Shown: positions 21,325-31,007 of the stretch, piece by piece
How the letters are laid out: every line of letters begins with the position of its first letter
How positions within the stretch are numbered: position 1 is the first letter of the stretch
Virus record (IMG/VR): IMGVR_UViG_2548876954_000009
From: a virus
Taxonomy: Duplodnaviria > Heunggongvirae > Uroviricota > Caudoviricetes
Length of the DNA: 43,895 nucleotides
Reading direction: 5' to 3' (one strand)
The notes under the pieces: model-generated
Database searches by the model: none
Seen by the model: only the letters and a program-made list of their open reading frames with translations
Told to the model about the DNA's origin: nothing
Position numbers and translations under genes: made by a program

Positions 21325-23414
21325 CCTCCGGAAGTCAGCCAGGGGTTAACATCGTCAGTTACTGTTTTCTTCCGTTTTTGTTTTTTAACAGGCGTGGATA
21401 CCGGTTCCGGTGAGGGTGACGGTTCGGTACTGTCCGGGACACACTCCAGCCAGGTTTCCCGGCTCGCCCACTCCGGTGCATCCGGCCAGCGGATCTTTTC
21501 GTATCCATGCAGAATGACCAGAGCCTCGGCATACACCATCAGGTCAAAAGCTTCGTTGGCACCGCGACCCGGTTTACTCCATTTCCCGTCACTGCTCCGC
21601 TCTTCATACGTCAGTTCGTCGTAAAACCAGCTCCCCAGCCAGTCAGGGAAATGCACATAGCCGGGACCTGGCGAGTCACGCCATAACGCGTTATTCACCC
21701 GGTCTTTCAGGGCATCCGTCTGAAGAAGCCAGAGCGGCACATCACCTGCGGCCTGCGCCCGTCGGCCCGTTCGTCCGGTGTTATCAGGGAATGTACGGCT
21801 GATCAGTTTTGCGCGCCGGATGCTGTCGCCCTTAAACAGGTAAATACGTTTACCAAGGCCATCACGACGGCAACGACGCCAGAATTTATAGGCATTATCA
21901 GTGACCCCGTCTTCACCGCCGGAGTCCACCGCCATTGCCATCAGTCGCATTTGTTGAGAAGGATCGGAGGCCAGCGGCCAGCTTTTATGAAAAACATCCG
22001 TCAGCAGGACATCCCAGTCTTCCGGATAGCTGGCCGGATCAATTCGCTGGCTCTCCCCGTCGCTGTCACCGCGCAATGACTGCGTGATGTTGTAACGATC
22101 AATAATCCAGCGTTCGCCACGGCTGCCATAGCCCGTTACCTGAACCACAAAACGGCGATGACGTCCCGCCTGCACATCCACTGCCGCCACAAGGAAATTA
22201 ACGCCATCCGGCACACTGCGGGAAGGAACTGGCTCTGCCCGCTGCTCAAGCAGTTCACTTTTTCGTTGCTCCATGCTGGCGCGGGGAAGATAAGGCAATC
22301 CCCAGTCGGTATTGATAACCGCCCTGAGTGTTTCTTCGCTTCCTGTCGCTTCATACTCCTGTTCTGCAGTCAGTAATTTGTAAACCAGTTGCGCCCAGGT
22401 CTGATACGCAGCAGCTGGCCCTTCCATCCAGAAACTGGCGATACGGGAGCGGCGCGGTTCACCGGAAACGTTGCCGTTACGATCAATGACCTGACCTTCA
22501 CGCAACCAGACTCCTGCACTATTGAGCTCACGCTTTTTCTCCGCAGTGATAATGCCGCTGCAGTGCGGGCAAAGTAGATACGCCGCCTCACTGGCTTTAA
22601 AGGGATCCGGTTCATTACGGTAGCCGGTCATGGCATCCATGGCTGGCTGAAAATATTCACCGCAGTGCGGACATGGCCAGTACCAGCGGCGGCGGTCACC
22701 ACGATTGTAAAGGGAAAGAATACCAGTCGTCGGTGGCGCTTCATGAGGCGACTTACGTCGCCATTTGCTGTCGCAGATGTCACGTCCCGGCGAGCTCTCC
22801 ACCAGAGTCATCCCGGCGGACATAAATGTGGTGGTACGTTTTGAGGCCAGGGAGAAACCATCACCCTCGCTGTCGATATTCTCCGGAAAACGGTCGTAAT
22901 CGGTTAAGGCGACAAACCGGTAATCCGACGACGACATAATGTTGACCGAGGGCCAACCAATTTTAAGGAACGAGCCATCCCTGAACGTCTTATCATGAAC
23001 ATTATTGTCGTTACGACGTGGACTCATTCTTTTCTTTACCGCCGCACTGCTTCTGAACGTTCTGTCGAGGCGCTTTTTAGAATGCTCGCGGGCCTTATCT
23101 TCGGTCATCTGCACAACGAGCATGTCCGAAGGATCGCAAACGATGGTATAGACAATCCATCCATCGATCAGACCAATGGTCTTCCCTGTTCGCGCAGGAC
23201 CAACAAAAATCACCGCATCGTATTCACGCGATGCCAGGCAGTTCATGGGCTCAATGATGTAGGGTGTCAGTTCAGGATCCCATGGCACAGAGTTACCAGC
23301 CCCCTTGGGAACACGCATGAATTTTTTAACAGCCTCCGAAATCGGCATGCGACGTGGTGGGGAAAATCCTGCCGATATGTCCCTTCCCAAATTTCGGGCT
23401 GATGAAAAACCCAT
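21315..23414 (-). CDS. A: Terminase large subunit (GpA family)
   Basis: 699 aa; Walker A GPARTGKT; Cys-rich CPHCGEYF...CPHCSG zinc-finger-like region; position after Nu1. Confidence 0.95.
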   Translation of the reverse strand: MGFSSARNLGRDISAGFSPPRRMPISEAVKKFMRVPKGAGNSVPWDPELTPYIIEPMNCLASREYDAVIFVGPARTGKTIGLIDGWIVYTIVCDPSDMLVVQMTEDKAREHSKKRLDRTFRSSAAVKKRMSPRRNDNNVHDKTFRDGSFLKIGWPSVNIMSSSDYRFVALTDYDRFPENIDSEGDGFSLASKRTTTFMSAGMTLVESSPGRDICDSKWRRKSPHEAPPTTGILSLYNRGDRRRWYWPCPHCGEYFQPAMDAMTGYRNEPDPFKASEAAYLLCPHCSGIITAEKKRELNSAGVWLREGQVIDRNGNVSGEPRRSRIASFWMEGPAAAYQTWAQLVYKLLTAEQEYEATGSEETLRAVINTDWGLPYLPRASMEQRKSELLEQRAEPVPSRSVPDGVNFLVAAVDVQAGRHRRFVVQVTGYGSRGERWIIDRYNITQSLRGDSDGESQRIDPASYPEDWDVLLTDVFHKSWPLASDPSQQMRLMAMAVDSGGEDGVTDNAYKFWRRCRRDGLGKRIYLFKGDSIRRAKLISRTFPDNTGRTGRRAQAAGDVPLWLLQTDALKDRVNNALWRDSPGPGYVHFPDWLGSWFYDELTYEERSSDGKWSKPGRGANEAFDLMVYAEALVILHGYEKIRWPDAPEWASRETWLECVPDSTEPSPSPEPVSTPVKKQKRKKTVTDDVNPWLTSGGWL

Positions 23415-23422
23415 TATTCCTC

Positions 23423-23962
23423 CTAGAGACTCTCTCCTTCCTCATCAGGAATTAATTCAGCAGCACAAGCCTCGTAGGATTTTTCCTGAAGAGTGTATCG
23501 CAGGTCATCAATGGCCTGCTGTACAACGCCGACGGCCTGAGGAGTCAGGGCGCAATCGCGTTCAAGAACATCCGGAATTGTCTCCAGAACCTGGACGACA
23601 GCCTTTCTCATGGACGAATAGACGATGACTACTTCATCAACTGGGATGAGTTTTCGCTGCTCCTTTTCCAGCTTGATCCTTTCATTTTCAGACTGGTACC
23701 AGTCCTTTCTCTCTTTCGGCTCCATACGGGATGGATCATGAACAGAGTCTGCTGCCTCATGCTTCACACTAAACAGGGCGGGCCCGACATGCTGCAGGGC
23801 GTAAACGGGGTTCCCCCTGACAGTCGCAGCCACAGGAGTGTTGGCCGCGAGGAGCCGTTTTTTTACTGTGTCCCGGTGAAGCCCAAAGGCCTCGGCGATT
23901 TTAAAAACACTCCAGTAATAAGCATCACCGATCCCGCTCACATTTGACATAAGCAACTCCAT
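23423..23962 (-). CDS. nu1: Terminase small subunit (Nu1-like)
   Basis: N-terminal HTH (DAYYWSVFKIAEAFGLHRDTVKKRL), 179 aa, immediately upstream of terminase large subunit. Confidence 0.8.
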   Translation of the reverse strand: MELLMSNVSGIGDAYYWSVFKIAEAFGLHRDTVKKRLLAANTPVAATVRGNPVYALQHVGPALFSVKHEAADSVHDPSRMEPKERKDWYQSENERIKLEKEQRKLIPVDEVVIVYSSMRKAVVQVLETIPDVLERDCALTPQAVGVVQQAIDDLRYTLQEKSYEACAAELIPDEEGESL

Positions 23963-24059
23963 CTGGCAGGTGAAAATCAGGTTTATTTATATATTTCAAT
24001 TAATTGCAAACTGGTCTAATGACAGGGAGAAAAAAATATTGTACAGGTGAAAAGAGAAA

Positions 24060-24160
24060 TAACTTTTAATTATCAATAAATTACTAAACATGCTGCCGCC
24101 GCCATGGAAATGCAAAAACTAGCCTTTTTCCGCGACGCTCCCGCCCCGTGGCAAGCCCCC
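24060..24160. other. Putative cos region (cosN-like core with cosB/IHF-like AT-rich segment toward Nu1)
   Basis: Minus-strand ACGGGGCGGGAGCGTCGCGG resembles lambda cohesive-end region ACGGGGCGGCGACCTCGCGGG (recalled from memory), followed by AT-rich stretch up to Nu1 start. Confidence 0.4.
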
Positions 24161-24466
24161 CACCGGGAGGACCCGTCAGCCTGACAGCTCTGACGAACGT
24201 CTGATACCGCGCCTTGCATGAATGGCATCGGGATAATCCAGAAAGGTATAGCATCGTACCCACAAGAATCTGTGTGAGTGTCCTGTTTCTTCCACCCCCG
24301 CACAGGACTGGCGAGCATGAGGGACAAACCCGCGAATCATTAGCGCGGTAAAAACCCGGTGTGCATCGTTTTTGATTATTCCCGCACACTCACGCAAAAG
24401 GAGTTCCCCGTCGGGCTACGGTCATGGTTAATGCAGGAATACAGCGACGATACAGCGCATGATGTG

Positions 24467-25021
24467 TCAGGCTTGAATCCCCTTATCGAATCCCGGTAAT
24501 AAAAACTGTCCCTGTCTCTCCAGGCGTTTCAGCTTTGCAAGCAATTGAGGTTTTTTCGTTCTCCCCCAGCGATTGAGCAGACGGCCTGACATGCTGGCGA
24601 CATCCTTCTCTTTCATGTACTCCAGCATTACGGCATTTCTCTCTTCTTCAAATTGACGATGACCAACCTGAAGCATGGCGTACATCCAGTTAAATGCGTT
24701 GATATAAGCAATTTTGATACGCATTGCTTCTTTTTTGGTGTAGGACATAACCAAAAGCATCAACCCATCCTTGCGGAGACGGTAGAATTTTTGCGGCTTA
24801 CCATTCTGTAACTCATTGTTTTTATAGCAAAGCTCAAAGTTGAGCTTTGTATCAAACTCAGGAGGGCAAGCTTCTATGGTTCGTTCAATGTCACGAACTA
24901 CGTTCTTCGGCAGCTTTCCAAATGCTTTTGCCACCATAAAAGAATCTGTAACCGGATCGTTGTTTGCCACAAAAATCAGATCTCGGAAATCGATGCCGTT
25001 AACGATAGTTGGATAATTCAT
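24467..25021 (-). CDS. Rha-family phage regulatory protein
   Basis: N-terminal ...VTDSFMVAKAFGKLPKNVVRDIERTI... typical of Phage_pRha family. Confidence 0.65.
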   Translation of the reverse strand: MNYPTIVNGIDFRDLIFVANNDPVTDSFMVAKAFGKLPKNVVRDIERTIEACPPEFDTKLNFELCYKNNELQNGKPQKFYRLRKDGLMLLVMSYTKKEAMRIKIAYINAFNWMYAMLQVGHRQFEEERNAVMLEYMKEKDVASMSGRLLNRWGRTKKPQLLAKLKRLERQGQFLLPGFDKGIQA

Positions 25022-25224
25022 CAGTGCTCACCTTTTAGTGATGAACCTTGTCACACAGGATTCCGGCCCACAGAAAGGCACCGATCACCAAACCGGCATC
25101 CTCAAGGGTCATCCTGAAAGGTTCTGTGTTCATAAGTCGCGCGTGTGAAGCGCGTTTACTGCGGACATAAAAAAGCCCCGCATCGCGAGGCTCATTAAAT
25201 TGACTTTGTGATTTGCAAAAAAAA

Positions 25225-25662
25225 TTATTTCAGGCATTGCGTCCTGATGTACTCCTGCAGGTAGTTAACCTGCGCGGTTATCCTGTCGATTCCACTTCGG
25301 AGACGGTAATAATTGAGTTCAGCATCTGCTGTAAGTCTTGGGCTTTCTCCATCGCCCATGCTGCTGGCTCCGGTCGTTGACTTTGCACAGGTGGCGGTGA
25401 CTTGCAGGCGCTTACGCCCAGCAGAAACATCAGCACGTAGACTTTCGATAGTCGCGTTAGCATCAGCAAGCTCCTTTGTGTATCTGGCATCGAGTTCTGC
25501 TACATCACGTTGACGCTTCTGCATGTCAGCGATGATGTACGTGGCTTTATCGCGCTGTTCTTTATAGGTAATGGCGTTATCACGGTAATGATTAACAGCC
25601 CATGACAGACAGACGATGATGCAGATAACCAGAGCGGAGATAATCGCGATTAATCTGTTCAT
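25225..25662 (-). CDS. Rz: i-spanin Rz
   Basis: [34 protein letters not shown]... lambda Rz-like TM anchor plus coiled coil; ATG overlaps endolysin stop (ATGA). Confidence 0.9.
   Translation of the reverse strand: MNRLIAIISALVICIIVCLSWAVNHYRDNAITYKEQRDKATYIIADMQKRQRDVAELDARYTKELADANATIESLRADVSAGRKRLQVTATCAKSTTGASSMGDGESPRLTADAELNYYRLRSGIDRITAQVNYLQEYIRTQCLK
25278..25463 (-). CDS. Rz1: o-spanin Rz1 (lipoprotein) embedded in +1 frame within Rz
   Basis: Signal peptide with lipobox LLGVSAC followed by Pro-rich mature region [14 protein letters not shown]; fully nested in Rz. Confidence 0.75.
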   Translation of the reverse strand: MLTRLSKVYVLMFLLGVSACKSPPPVQSQRPEPAAWAMEKAQDLQQMLNSIITVSEVESTG

Positions 25663-26156
25663 TGCTGCCCCCACAAACAGACTTCACGCTCAATCTCACG
25701 ACGAGTCATCAGGCCTTTCCATTGCTTACCGCCAGCGTATGTCCAGCGACGTAGTTGGTCACATGCGCCTTTGATATCCCCCTGGTTTATTTTGCGAAGA
25801 AGCGTCGATGTTCTGAAATTGCCAGCACCCACGTTGTAAACGAACGAGTAAAGAGCGCCGCGCGTTGTTTCCGGTATATCGACTTTAATGTACGGGTTAA
25901 TTTGTCTGGCGACCGTGGCAAGGTCTTTATTCAGGAGGGCTTTGCATTCTGCTTCGGTATACGTTTTACCGAGCATAATGTCTTTTCCGGTGTGCCCGTA
26001 ACATACAGTCCATACGCCAACGATATCTTTATATGGTATGTAGCTGACACCTTCCAGACCATCGTCACCACTCGGACCAGTGATGAGCACAGACGCTATG
26101 GCAACAGCCCCACCACCAATAGCAGCTGCAACAGCCTTGCGTAATGATGGCGACAT
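25659..26156 (-). CDS. R: SAR endolysin (phage 21 R-type lysozyme)
   Basis: N-terminal SAR domain [21 protein letters not shown]; catalytic-region sequence very close to recalled P21 R. Confidence 0.95.
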   Translation of the reverse strand: MSPSLRKAVAAAIGGGAVAIASVLITGPSGDDGLEGVSYIPYKDIVGVWTVCYGHTGKDIMLGKTYTEAECKALLNKDLATVARQINPYIKVDIPETTRGALYSFVYNVGAGNFRTSTLLRKINQGDIKGACDQLRRWTYAGGKQWKGLMTRREIEREVCLWGQQ

Positions 26157-26371
26157 TATTCACCTCTCGCAGCCTTACGCTTATCTTCTTTAATCTTGAA
26201 ATAAAGGTTTGTCAGGTACGTCAGCAAGCCAAATACCAAGCTCCCCAGCACACCAATTGCAGCCCACTGTGACGGAGTTACTTTATCGAGTAACTGCAGT
26301 GCCCAGAAGCCGGCATTACCTGCCGATGTGCCATAGGCGACACCTGTTGTTAACTTATCCATTGATTTCAT
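26156..26371 (-). CDS. S: Pinholin S21 with dual start (antiholin S71 / holin S68)
   Basis: MKSMDK... dual start at Met1 and Met4, two TM segments, charged C-terminus; GGTGAGG RBS. Confidence 0.95.
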   Translation of the reverse strand: MKSMDKLTTGVAYGTSAGNAGFWALQLLDKVTPSQWAAIGVLGSLVFGLLTYLTNLYFKIKEDKRKAARGE

Positions 26372-26592
26372 ATCCTCACCCCGATGTACACGGATGGTGC
26401 AATATGTTTGAAAAGATCGGAGTCTACGGGTTAGTTTTTACAGCAAACGTTGTTCTCAACGACGCTCAAAAAATAGAAGCTTAAAATAATGCGGTTAAAT
26501 ATTTTAAAAGAAAAACCATCTATTAAATAATAATGCGGGATATATTTTTCTATTTAGTGTACTATATACGGCTATTTATACAGGAAAAGCCT

Positions 26593-26763
26593 ATGTCAGA
26601 ACGTAAAAACTCAAAATCACGCCGTAATTATCTCGTTAAATGTTCCTGCCCAAACTGCACCCAAGAGTCAGAACACAGTTTTTCAAGAGTACAAAAAGGT
26701 GCCCTTTTGATCTGCCCTCATTGCAACAAAGTATTCCAGACAAATCTTAAAGCTGTAGCCTGA
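26593..26763 (+). CDS. YdfK/YnaE-family small zinc-ribbon protein (cold-shock associated moron)
   Basis: MSERKNSKSRRNYLVKCSCPNCTQESEHSFSRVQKGALLICPHCNKVF...; CxxC...CxxC; ATG 26593 with AGGA RBS. Confidence 0.65.
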   Translation: MSERKNSKSRRNYLVKCSCPNCTQESEHSFSRVQKGALLICPHCNKVFQTNLKAVA

Positions 26764-26811
26764 TTGATTTTATTAATTGCAAGTGTTTTTATATTTTATA
26801 AATCAGATAAT

Positions 26812-26834
26812 AAAAAACCCGCCTGAGCGGGTTT
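26812..26834 (-). terminator. Hairpin terminator (minus-strand T-tract) between ydfK-like and cspB-like genes
   Basis: Stem ACCCGC/GCGGGT with loop CTGA, flanked by A6 on plus strand. Confidence 0.4.
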
Positions 26835-27115
26835 GATATTGTGGTGCTTTTTGTGGGAGTCATCCACTTACGCACTTTGTTTTTCTATACCAGCAGTTAG
26901 CTTCTGCTGTAAAACTATTCATGCAGCAAACCTGCACTTCACCACGATGGTTAGCATACTTTTCCTGATTAAGATCTTGCCAAATATGCTTGCCATTATT
27001 TCATGCATTGAACATCCTTACTTTTTATTAAAGATATCCAATATTCGCCACTCTGTCTGTATCTCCACTCAGGCATCAGCCTTCTTCGTTATCGTATACA
27101 GACGAGCTATGAATT

Positions 27116-27331
27116 TTAATCAGTAATAATGACATTTGCTGCTGCAGGACCTTTAGCACCACTCTCTATAGAGAAGATAACCTTTTGACCTTCAAATAAG
27201 GTTCGATAATTATCATTCTGAATTGCAGAAAAATGCACAAACACATCTTTACTACCATCAACAGGAGAAATAAAGCCAAAACCTTTATCAGCGTTAAACC
27301 ATTTTACTAAACCAGTCATTTTATTTGACAT
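27116..27331 (-). CDS. cspB: Cold shock protein, CspB/CspI-like
   Basis: [23 protein letters not shown]... with RNP motifs; 71 aa. Confidence 0.9.
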   Translation of the reverse strand: MSNKMTGLVKWFNADKGFGFISPVDGSKDVFVHFSAIQNDNYRTLFEGQKVIFSIESGAKGPAAANVIITD

Positions 27332-27631
27332 TCTACATTCCTTAACTTGAGCCTTTCGGCATAAATGATTTGTATAACAGAAACGACTTCGTACTTAATT
27401 GGAGAGACTCAAAGAAGGAATAAGTGAATAACACCTGAAATGAGAACTGCTTTAGTAAACTACTTCGTATATCGTCTGTTCTTCAAACCGACGCAATCAT
27501 TAACGCATAGTTGAACATATGAAGCAATGTTTATTTTAGACATCCAGCCATCTTCAACCCCATCAAAAAACTATAGCTTTCTTCAGGAAGGTGTGTATAG
27601 TGCGCCCAGTTATCAGTATTAAGGAATTTTT

Positions 27632-27844
27632 TTGTCCCGTAAAATGACAGGAATTGTCAAAACCTTTGACGGCAAAAGCGGCAAGGGTCTTATCACCCCA
27701 TCCGATGGTCGTATCGATGTCCAGCTTCATGTTTCAGCGCTCAATCTCCGCGATGCAGAAGAAATTGCCACCGGATTACGCGTGGAATTTTGCCGGATAA
27801 ATGGTCTGCGTGGCCCTTCAGCTGCCAATGTTTACCTTTCATGA
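27632..27844 (+). CDS. cspF: Cold shock-like protein, CspF/CspH-like (TTG start in ORF track)
   Basis: [26 protein letters not shown]...[13 protein letters not shown]; 70 aa. Confidence 0.8.
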   Translation: MSRKMTGIVKTFDGKSGKGLITPSDGRIDVQLHVSALNLRDAEEIATGLRVEFCRINGLRGPSAANVYLS

Positions 27845-27898
27845 GCTATATTAAAGCTTTAATTTCAGACCCCATCGAATCAAACATGGAGAGTTTTC

Positions 27899-27988
27899 AT
27901 GAATAACCCCGTCTGTCTTGATGACTGGTTGATTGGCTTTAAAAGCTTATGCTGTACTTTGACCGTAATAGCTCTGCTAATAATGTAA
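27899..27988 (+). CDS. Small hydrophobic ORF (29 aa) with strong RBS, unknown function
   Basis: GGAGAG 6 nt upstream of ATG; [29 protein letters not shown]. Confidence 0.3.
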   Translation: MNNPVCLDDWLIGFKSLCCTLTVIALLIM

Positions 27989-28130
27989 TAAGCAGACTCA
28001 TTGTATCTAGGGACATTGTACTGGAAGAAAACATTTTAAACATCAGGCAGAAAACAAAGTCACCCGATAAATAATAAGTAAACAAACATGAATCCCGAAA
28101 TGAGATTCAACATCTCTATTACCCTATTTA

Positions 28131-28158
28131 AAGCACAAAAACCCGCTCATCAGCGGGT
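28131..28158 (-). terminator. Putative tR' terminator of the Q-dependent late transcript
   Basis: Stem ACCCGC/GCGGGT, 6-nt loop, T-tract on minus strand, about 50 nt downstream of predicted PR' start. Confidence 0.55.
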
Positions 28159-28206
28159 TTTCTACTTTTTCTTAACGTCGGGTATACAAAGCCCATCGTT
28201 GAAAAA

Positions 28207-28235
28207 ATTTTATCCATATTTTTTGAAAAATGCAA
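28207..28235 (-). promoter_or_regulatory. Putative late promoter PR' (TTGCAT-N17-TAAAAT) immediately downstream of Q
   Basis: Minus-strand -35 TTGCAT (28235..28230), 17-nt spacer, -10 TAAAAT (28212..28207). Confidence 0.5.
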
Positions 28236-28266
28236 GCATTACGTCGCCATCTTCGGCGAAAATCAT

Positions 28267-29019
28267 TTATCTCGTCACTTTTCTTAATTGCACCTCAGCA
28301 TATGCTTCTTCCTGCCAGCACTTTGTAACCAGTTTATCAATGACATCTGCATATCCTTTGTACCACTGATAATCCGTCAGGTCTGGTACCAGCTTCTTGA
28401 CATGAAGCCGCGCCAGTGTGGTTGGTAAACGGCTAAACCGGTTTCCATTGCAACGCCCACAAATCTTATAAACAGGCGTGCCATGAAGCCGGGTTCTTTT
28501 TTCATCCAGGACAATACCTTTACCCTTACACCCTCTGCACGCTGTGCTGACTTCTCCCTTACCATGACAATACTGACATAGTTCCTTCACCCACTCTTCC
28601 TTGATAACAGACTCCCCGCTTCTGGAGTGTTTCACCACTTCGCGCAATACATTATGAAATCCAGTACCAGAACAACGCTCACAGCGAGCCTTACTTGCCG
28701 CAGACCTGGAATAATCAGCAAAGGCAAAATTCACAAGGTAAGGAATGATCTGTAGCCGGGTTTCTTCACTCAATTTATTCAATGTCGGGTTATCCAGTGC
28801 CATCGCGTAATTGAGCAGACCTTCAATCGCAAACTGAGGATCCTGAACACCAACTTTTGCCAGGAATAAGGCAAACCCAAGCGGTGCTTTCGACTGCACC
28901 ATCCCCTGCGCAGCCATTACATCCGTAATTGTTAAACCACCAGAGCCTGTCGCCGGTGCGTCATCGCTCAATTTTGGAGATTTTGGGGAGTAATATTTTG
29001 GTAAGGCTTCAAGGTTCAT
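28267..29019 (-). CDS. Q: Late gene antiterminator Q (QuuQ-like)
   Basis: 250 aa with multiple CxxC zinc-finger pairs (CERCSGTG, CQYCHGKG, CRGCKGKG, CGRCNGNR); upstream of lysis cassette. Confidence 0.8.
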   Translation of the reverse strand: MNLEALPKYYSPKSPKLSDDAPATGSGGLTITDVMAAQGMVQSKAPLGFALFLAKVGVQDPQFAIEGLLNYAMALDNPTLNKLSEETRLQIIPYLVNFAFADYSRSAASKARCERCSGTGFHNVLREVVKHSRSGESVIKEEWVKELCQYCHGKGEVSTACRGCKGKGIVLDEKRTRLHGTPVYKICGRCNGNRFSRLPTTLARLHVKKLVPDLTDYQWYKGYADVIDKLVTKCWQEEAYAEVQLRKVTR

Positions 29020-29032
29020 GCTCGTTCTCCAC

Positions 29033-30028
29033 TTACGCCAGTACGCCTATTGCCAGCGCACGATCGATAAAACGAAATATCAGCTCCAGCTGGGAGCCAT
29101 ACTTCTCTTCAAATGCCACGGTATCCGCATGCAGCTCGTCGTGATGCTTTCTGCACAAAGGCAACACAAAGAGGTCATGCGCTTTTGTACCCATTCCACC
29201 CTGACCGTGACCTATCAGGTGGTGGGGATCATCAGCAGGCTTTCCACAACATGCACACGGCTGTGTCTTAACCCAGCGTGTGTACTTTTCATTAACCCAG
29301 CGGCGACGTTTTGGGCGTAACATAAAAGACTCCGGCGACTCCGGATCCACTTTCAGCGCCAGCACCTTTTTTGCCTTATCCTGGATGATGCTGGTGGCAG
29401 GAACCGAAGGCACAAGGTCACTTTCCCGGGTGACAGACGGCACAACAGGCTTTGGTAATCTCAGTGCTTTACGGGCTGCACTTTCCGGTAAGGCATCCGC
29501 CAGGTCATTACGAATCAGCCACCAGCACAGTTCCGGCATTGTCACAACGTGACTATCATCAAAACCGAGATCCCGACGCACAACAGACAACACCCAGCGG
29601 GCACAGTTATCCGTTGCCATTGATTCCAGCCGTTCCGTGAACTGATCGCGCAGCTGGTTATCACAGTGCCAGCACAGACGGATTGCGCCCGGAGCGTGTC
29701 GCATTGTGGTCATGTTCTCGCTGTGCCAGTCGGAATGAGGCCACTGGCAGCCTTTTTCACGAAGTAACCAGCTTTCAAGACATTCCACGCCACCAGCACG
29801 ACGGATCACTGCCTCATTGCGGAACACGGCCCGAACAGCAGGATCATCCGCCAGCGGTTGTGATGCCGCGGGAACGGCACCACTGGCGAAAGATGAATAA
29901 CGTTCCGGCTCAGGCTCCAGCAGTACACGCCCCTGCATAAACAGGGGCATCAGCTCTGAACCAGGTCTGAACAATACGATCCCCATACGCGGGGCAATTT
30001 CAGGGGTCAGTAGTGCTCTCACGGTCAC
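29033..30028 (-). CDS. DUF968/YdfU-like protein (Cys/His-rich C-terminus); GTG start or internal ATG at 29986
   Basis: C-terminal ...CACCGKPADDPHHLIGHGQGG...LCRKHHDELH; position upstream of Q as in Qin. Confidence 0.6.
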   Translation of the reverse strand: MTVRALLTPEIAPRMGIVLFRPGSELMPLFMQGRVLLEPEPERYSSFASGAVPAASQPLADDPAVRAVFRNEAVIRRAGGVECLESWLLREKGCQWPHSDWHSENMTTMRHAPGAIRLCWHCDNQLRDQFTERLESMATDNCARWVLSVVRRDLGFDDSHVVTMPELCWWLIRNDLADALPESAARKALRLPKPVVPSVTRESDLVPSVPATSIIQDKAKKVLALKVDPESPESFMLRPKRRRWVNEKYTRWVKTQPCACCGKPADDPHHLIGHGQGGMGTKAHDLFVLPLCRKHHDELHADTVAFEEKYGSQLELIFRFIDRALAIGVLA

Positions 30029-30029
30029 C

Positions 30030-30845
30030 TCAATGAACGGTATCGAGCAGCTTTAACAGCTCAGGGAATCGGGATTCGAAGAAATGCGGCTGCGTCTCGC
30101 GCGGATTTGCAGGACTGGTGATGTTCTTGCCGAACATGCAGCCTTTCGCGGTCAGCGACCAGAATTTTTTGATGTTGTTAATCGCGGTACGACTGTATCG
30201 TTCGCGTTGTTCAACGATCCCCAGCTTCGCCATCTGGTGATATGCCTGATTAGCCGTCAGGCGGATACCATACTGCTTCAGCAGTGCACTCAGCGACAGC
30301 GTAGGGCGGCTTGAACCATCTGGCGCATCAGCAGGTGCATCAATGGCATAGATCGGCATAAGTTCAGGAAGACCAGCTACCTTTGATAATTTCTGGTATG
30401 CACCAAGTTTCGAGGAGTTTGACAGATTTAGAGTCTTTGCTGCTGATTCAAGCAGAATGACCCCGGATTTAATTTTGTCGGATGTGGTTTCTTCTGGTGA
30501 TGAATTATGAAGCGCATCAAAAGTACGTATCACTTTTAAGCTGAATGCCGGGCTGATCCACATTGCATATGCATAGACCAGCTCTTTACAGACATACGTC
30601 CCACCATTGCGCCCCTGAATGGTGATGACAGGAATACTACGGGAATCTCCCGTAGTTTCTTCTTCCAATAATTCCACAAGAGCCTTCGTTTCAGGACGAC
30701 GCATAAACTCGTGAACTTCCAGCGAACGGGAGGAGCGATTCTCACCAGCGGCAAGAAGAGCAGCTTTCTGAAGGTCGTTAAGACAGTAGTTAGATTCGAA
30801 GTACTGGCGCACAGAAACGCCATCAATTACAAGCAACTGATTCAT
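30030..30845 (-). CDS. KilA-N domain protein
   Basis: N-terminal KilA-N/APSES-like signature (...GRNGGTYVCKELVYAYAMWISPAF...); ATG 30845 with GGAGA RBS. Confidence 0.65.
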   Translation of the reverse strand: MNQLLVIDGVSVRQYFESNYCLNDLQKAALLAAGENRSSRSLEVHEFMRRPETKALVELLEEETTGDSRSIPVITIQGRNGGTYVCKELVYAYAMWISPAFSLKVIRTFDALHNSSPEETTSDKIKSGVILLESAAKTLNLSNSSKLGAYQKLSKVAGLPELMPIYAIDAPADAPDGSSRPTLSLSALLKQYGIRLTANQAYHQMAKLGIVEQRERYSRTAINNIKKFWSLTAKGCMFGKNITSPANPRETQPHFFESRFPELLKLLDTVH

Positions 30846-30942
30846 TGGTTTCTCCACAAATTTTTATCCACGAGCGGGACTGCACTCCCTTTTCGTTGAT
30901 GCCGGATGAACTTACTGCGATTTTTAATAGTTATCAAGGATA

Positions 30943-30962
30943 CACTGTTCATAAATACAGTA
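30943..30962. promoter_or_regulatory. Near-consensus LexA/SOS box (CTGT-N8-ACAG) upstream of kilA-N/DUF968/Q operon
   Basis: cACTGTtcATAaATACAGTA, 16/20 match to TACTGTATATATATACAGTA with invariant CTGT and ACAG intact. Confidence 0.55.
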
Positions 30963-31007
30963 TCTTTAACGAGGTAATACCCAAATTTAGGGTGTTGCTC
31001 AATTCCG

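Noticed and set aside
24073-24397. Three overlapping minus-strand ORFs (73-101 aa) in the GC-rich stretch next to cos
   Set aside because: Mutually overlapping in different frames, no RBS or start context, Cys/Arg/Gly-rich; more likely non-coding cos-flanking DNA.
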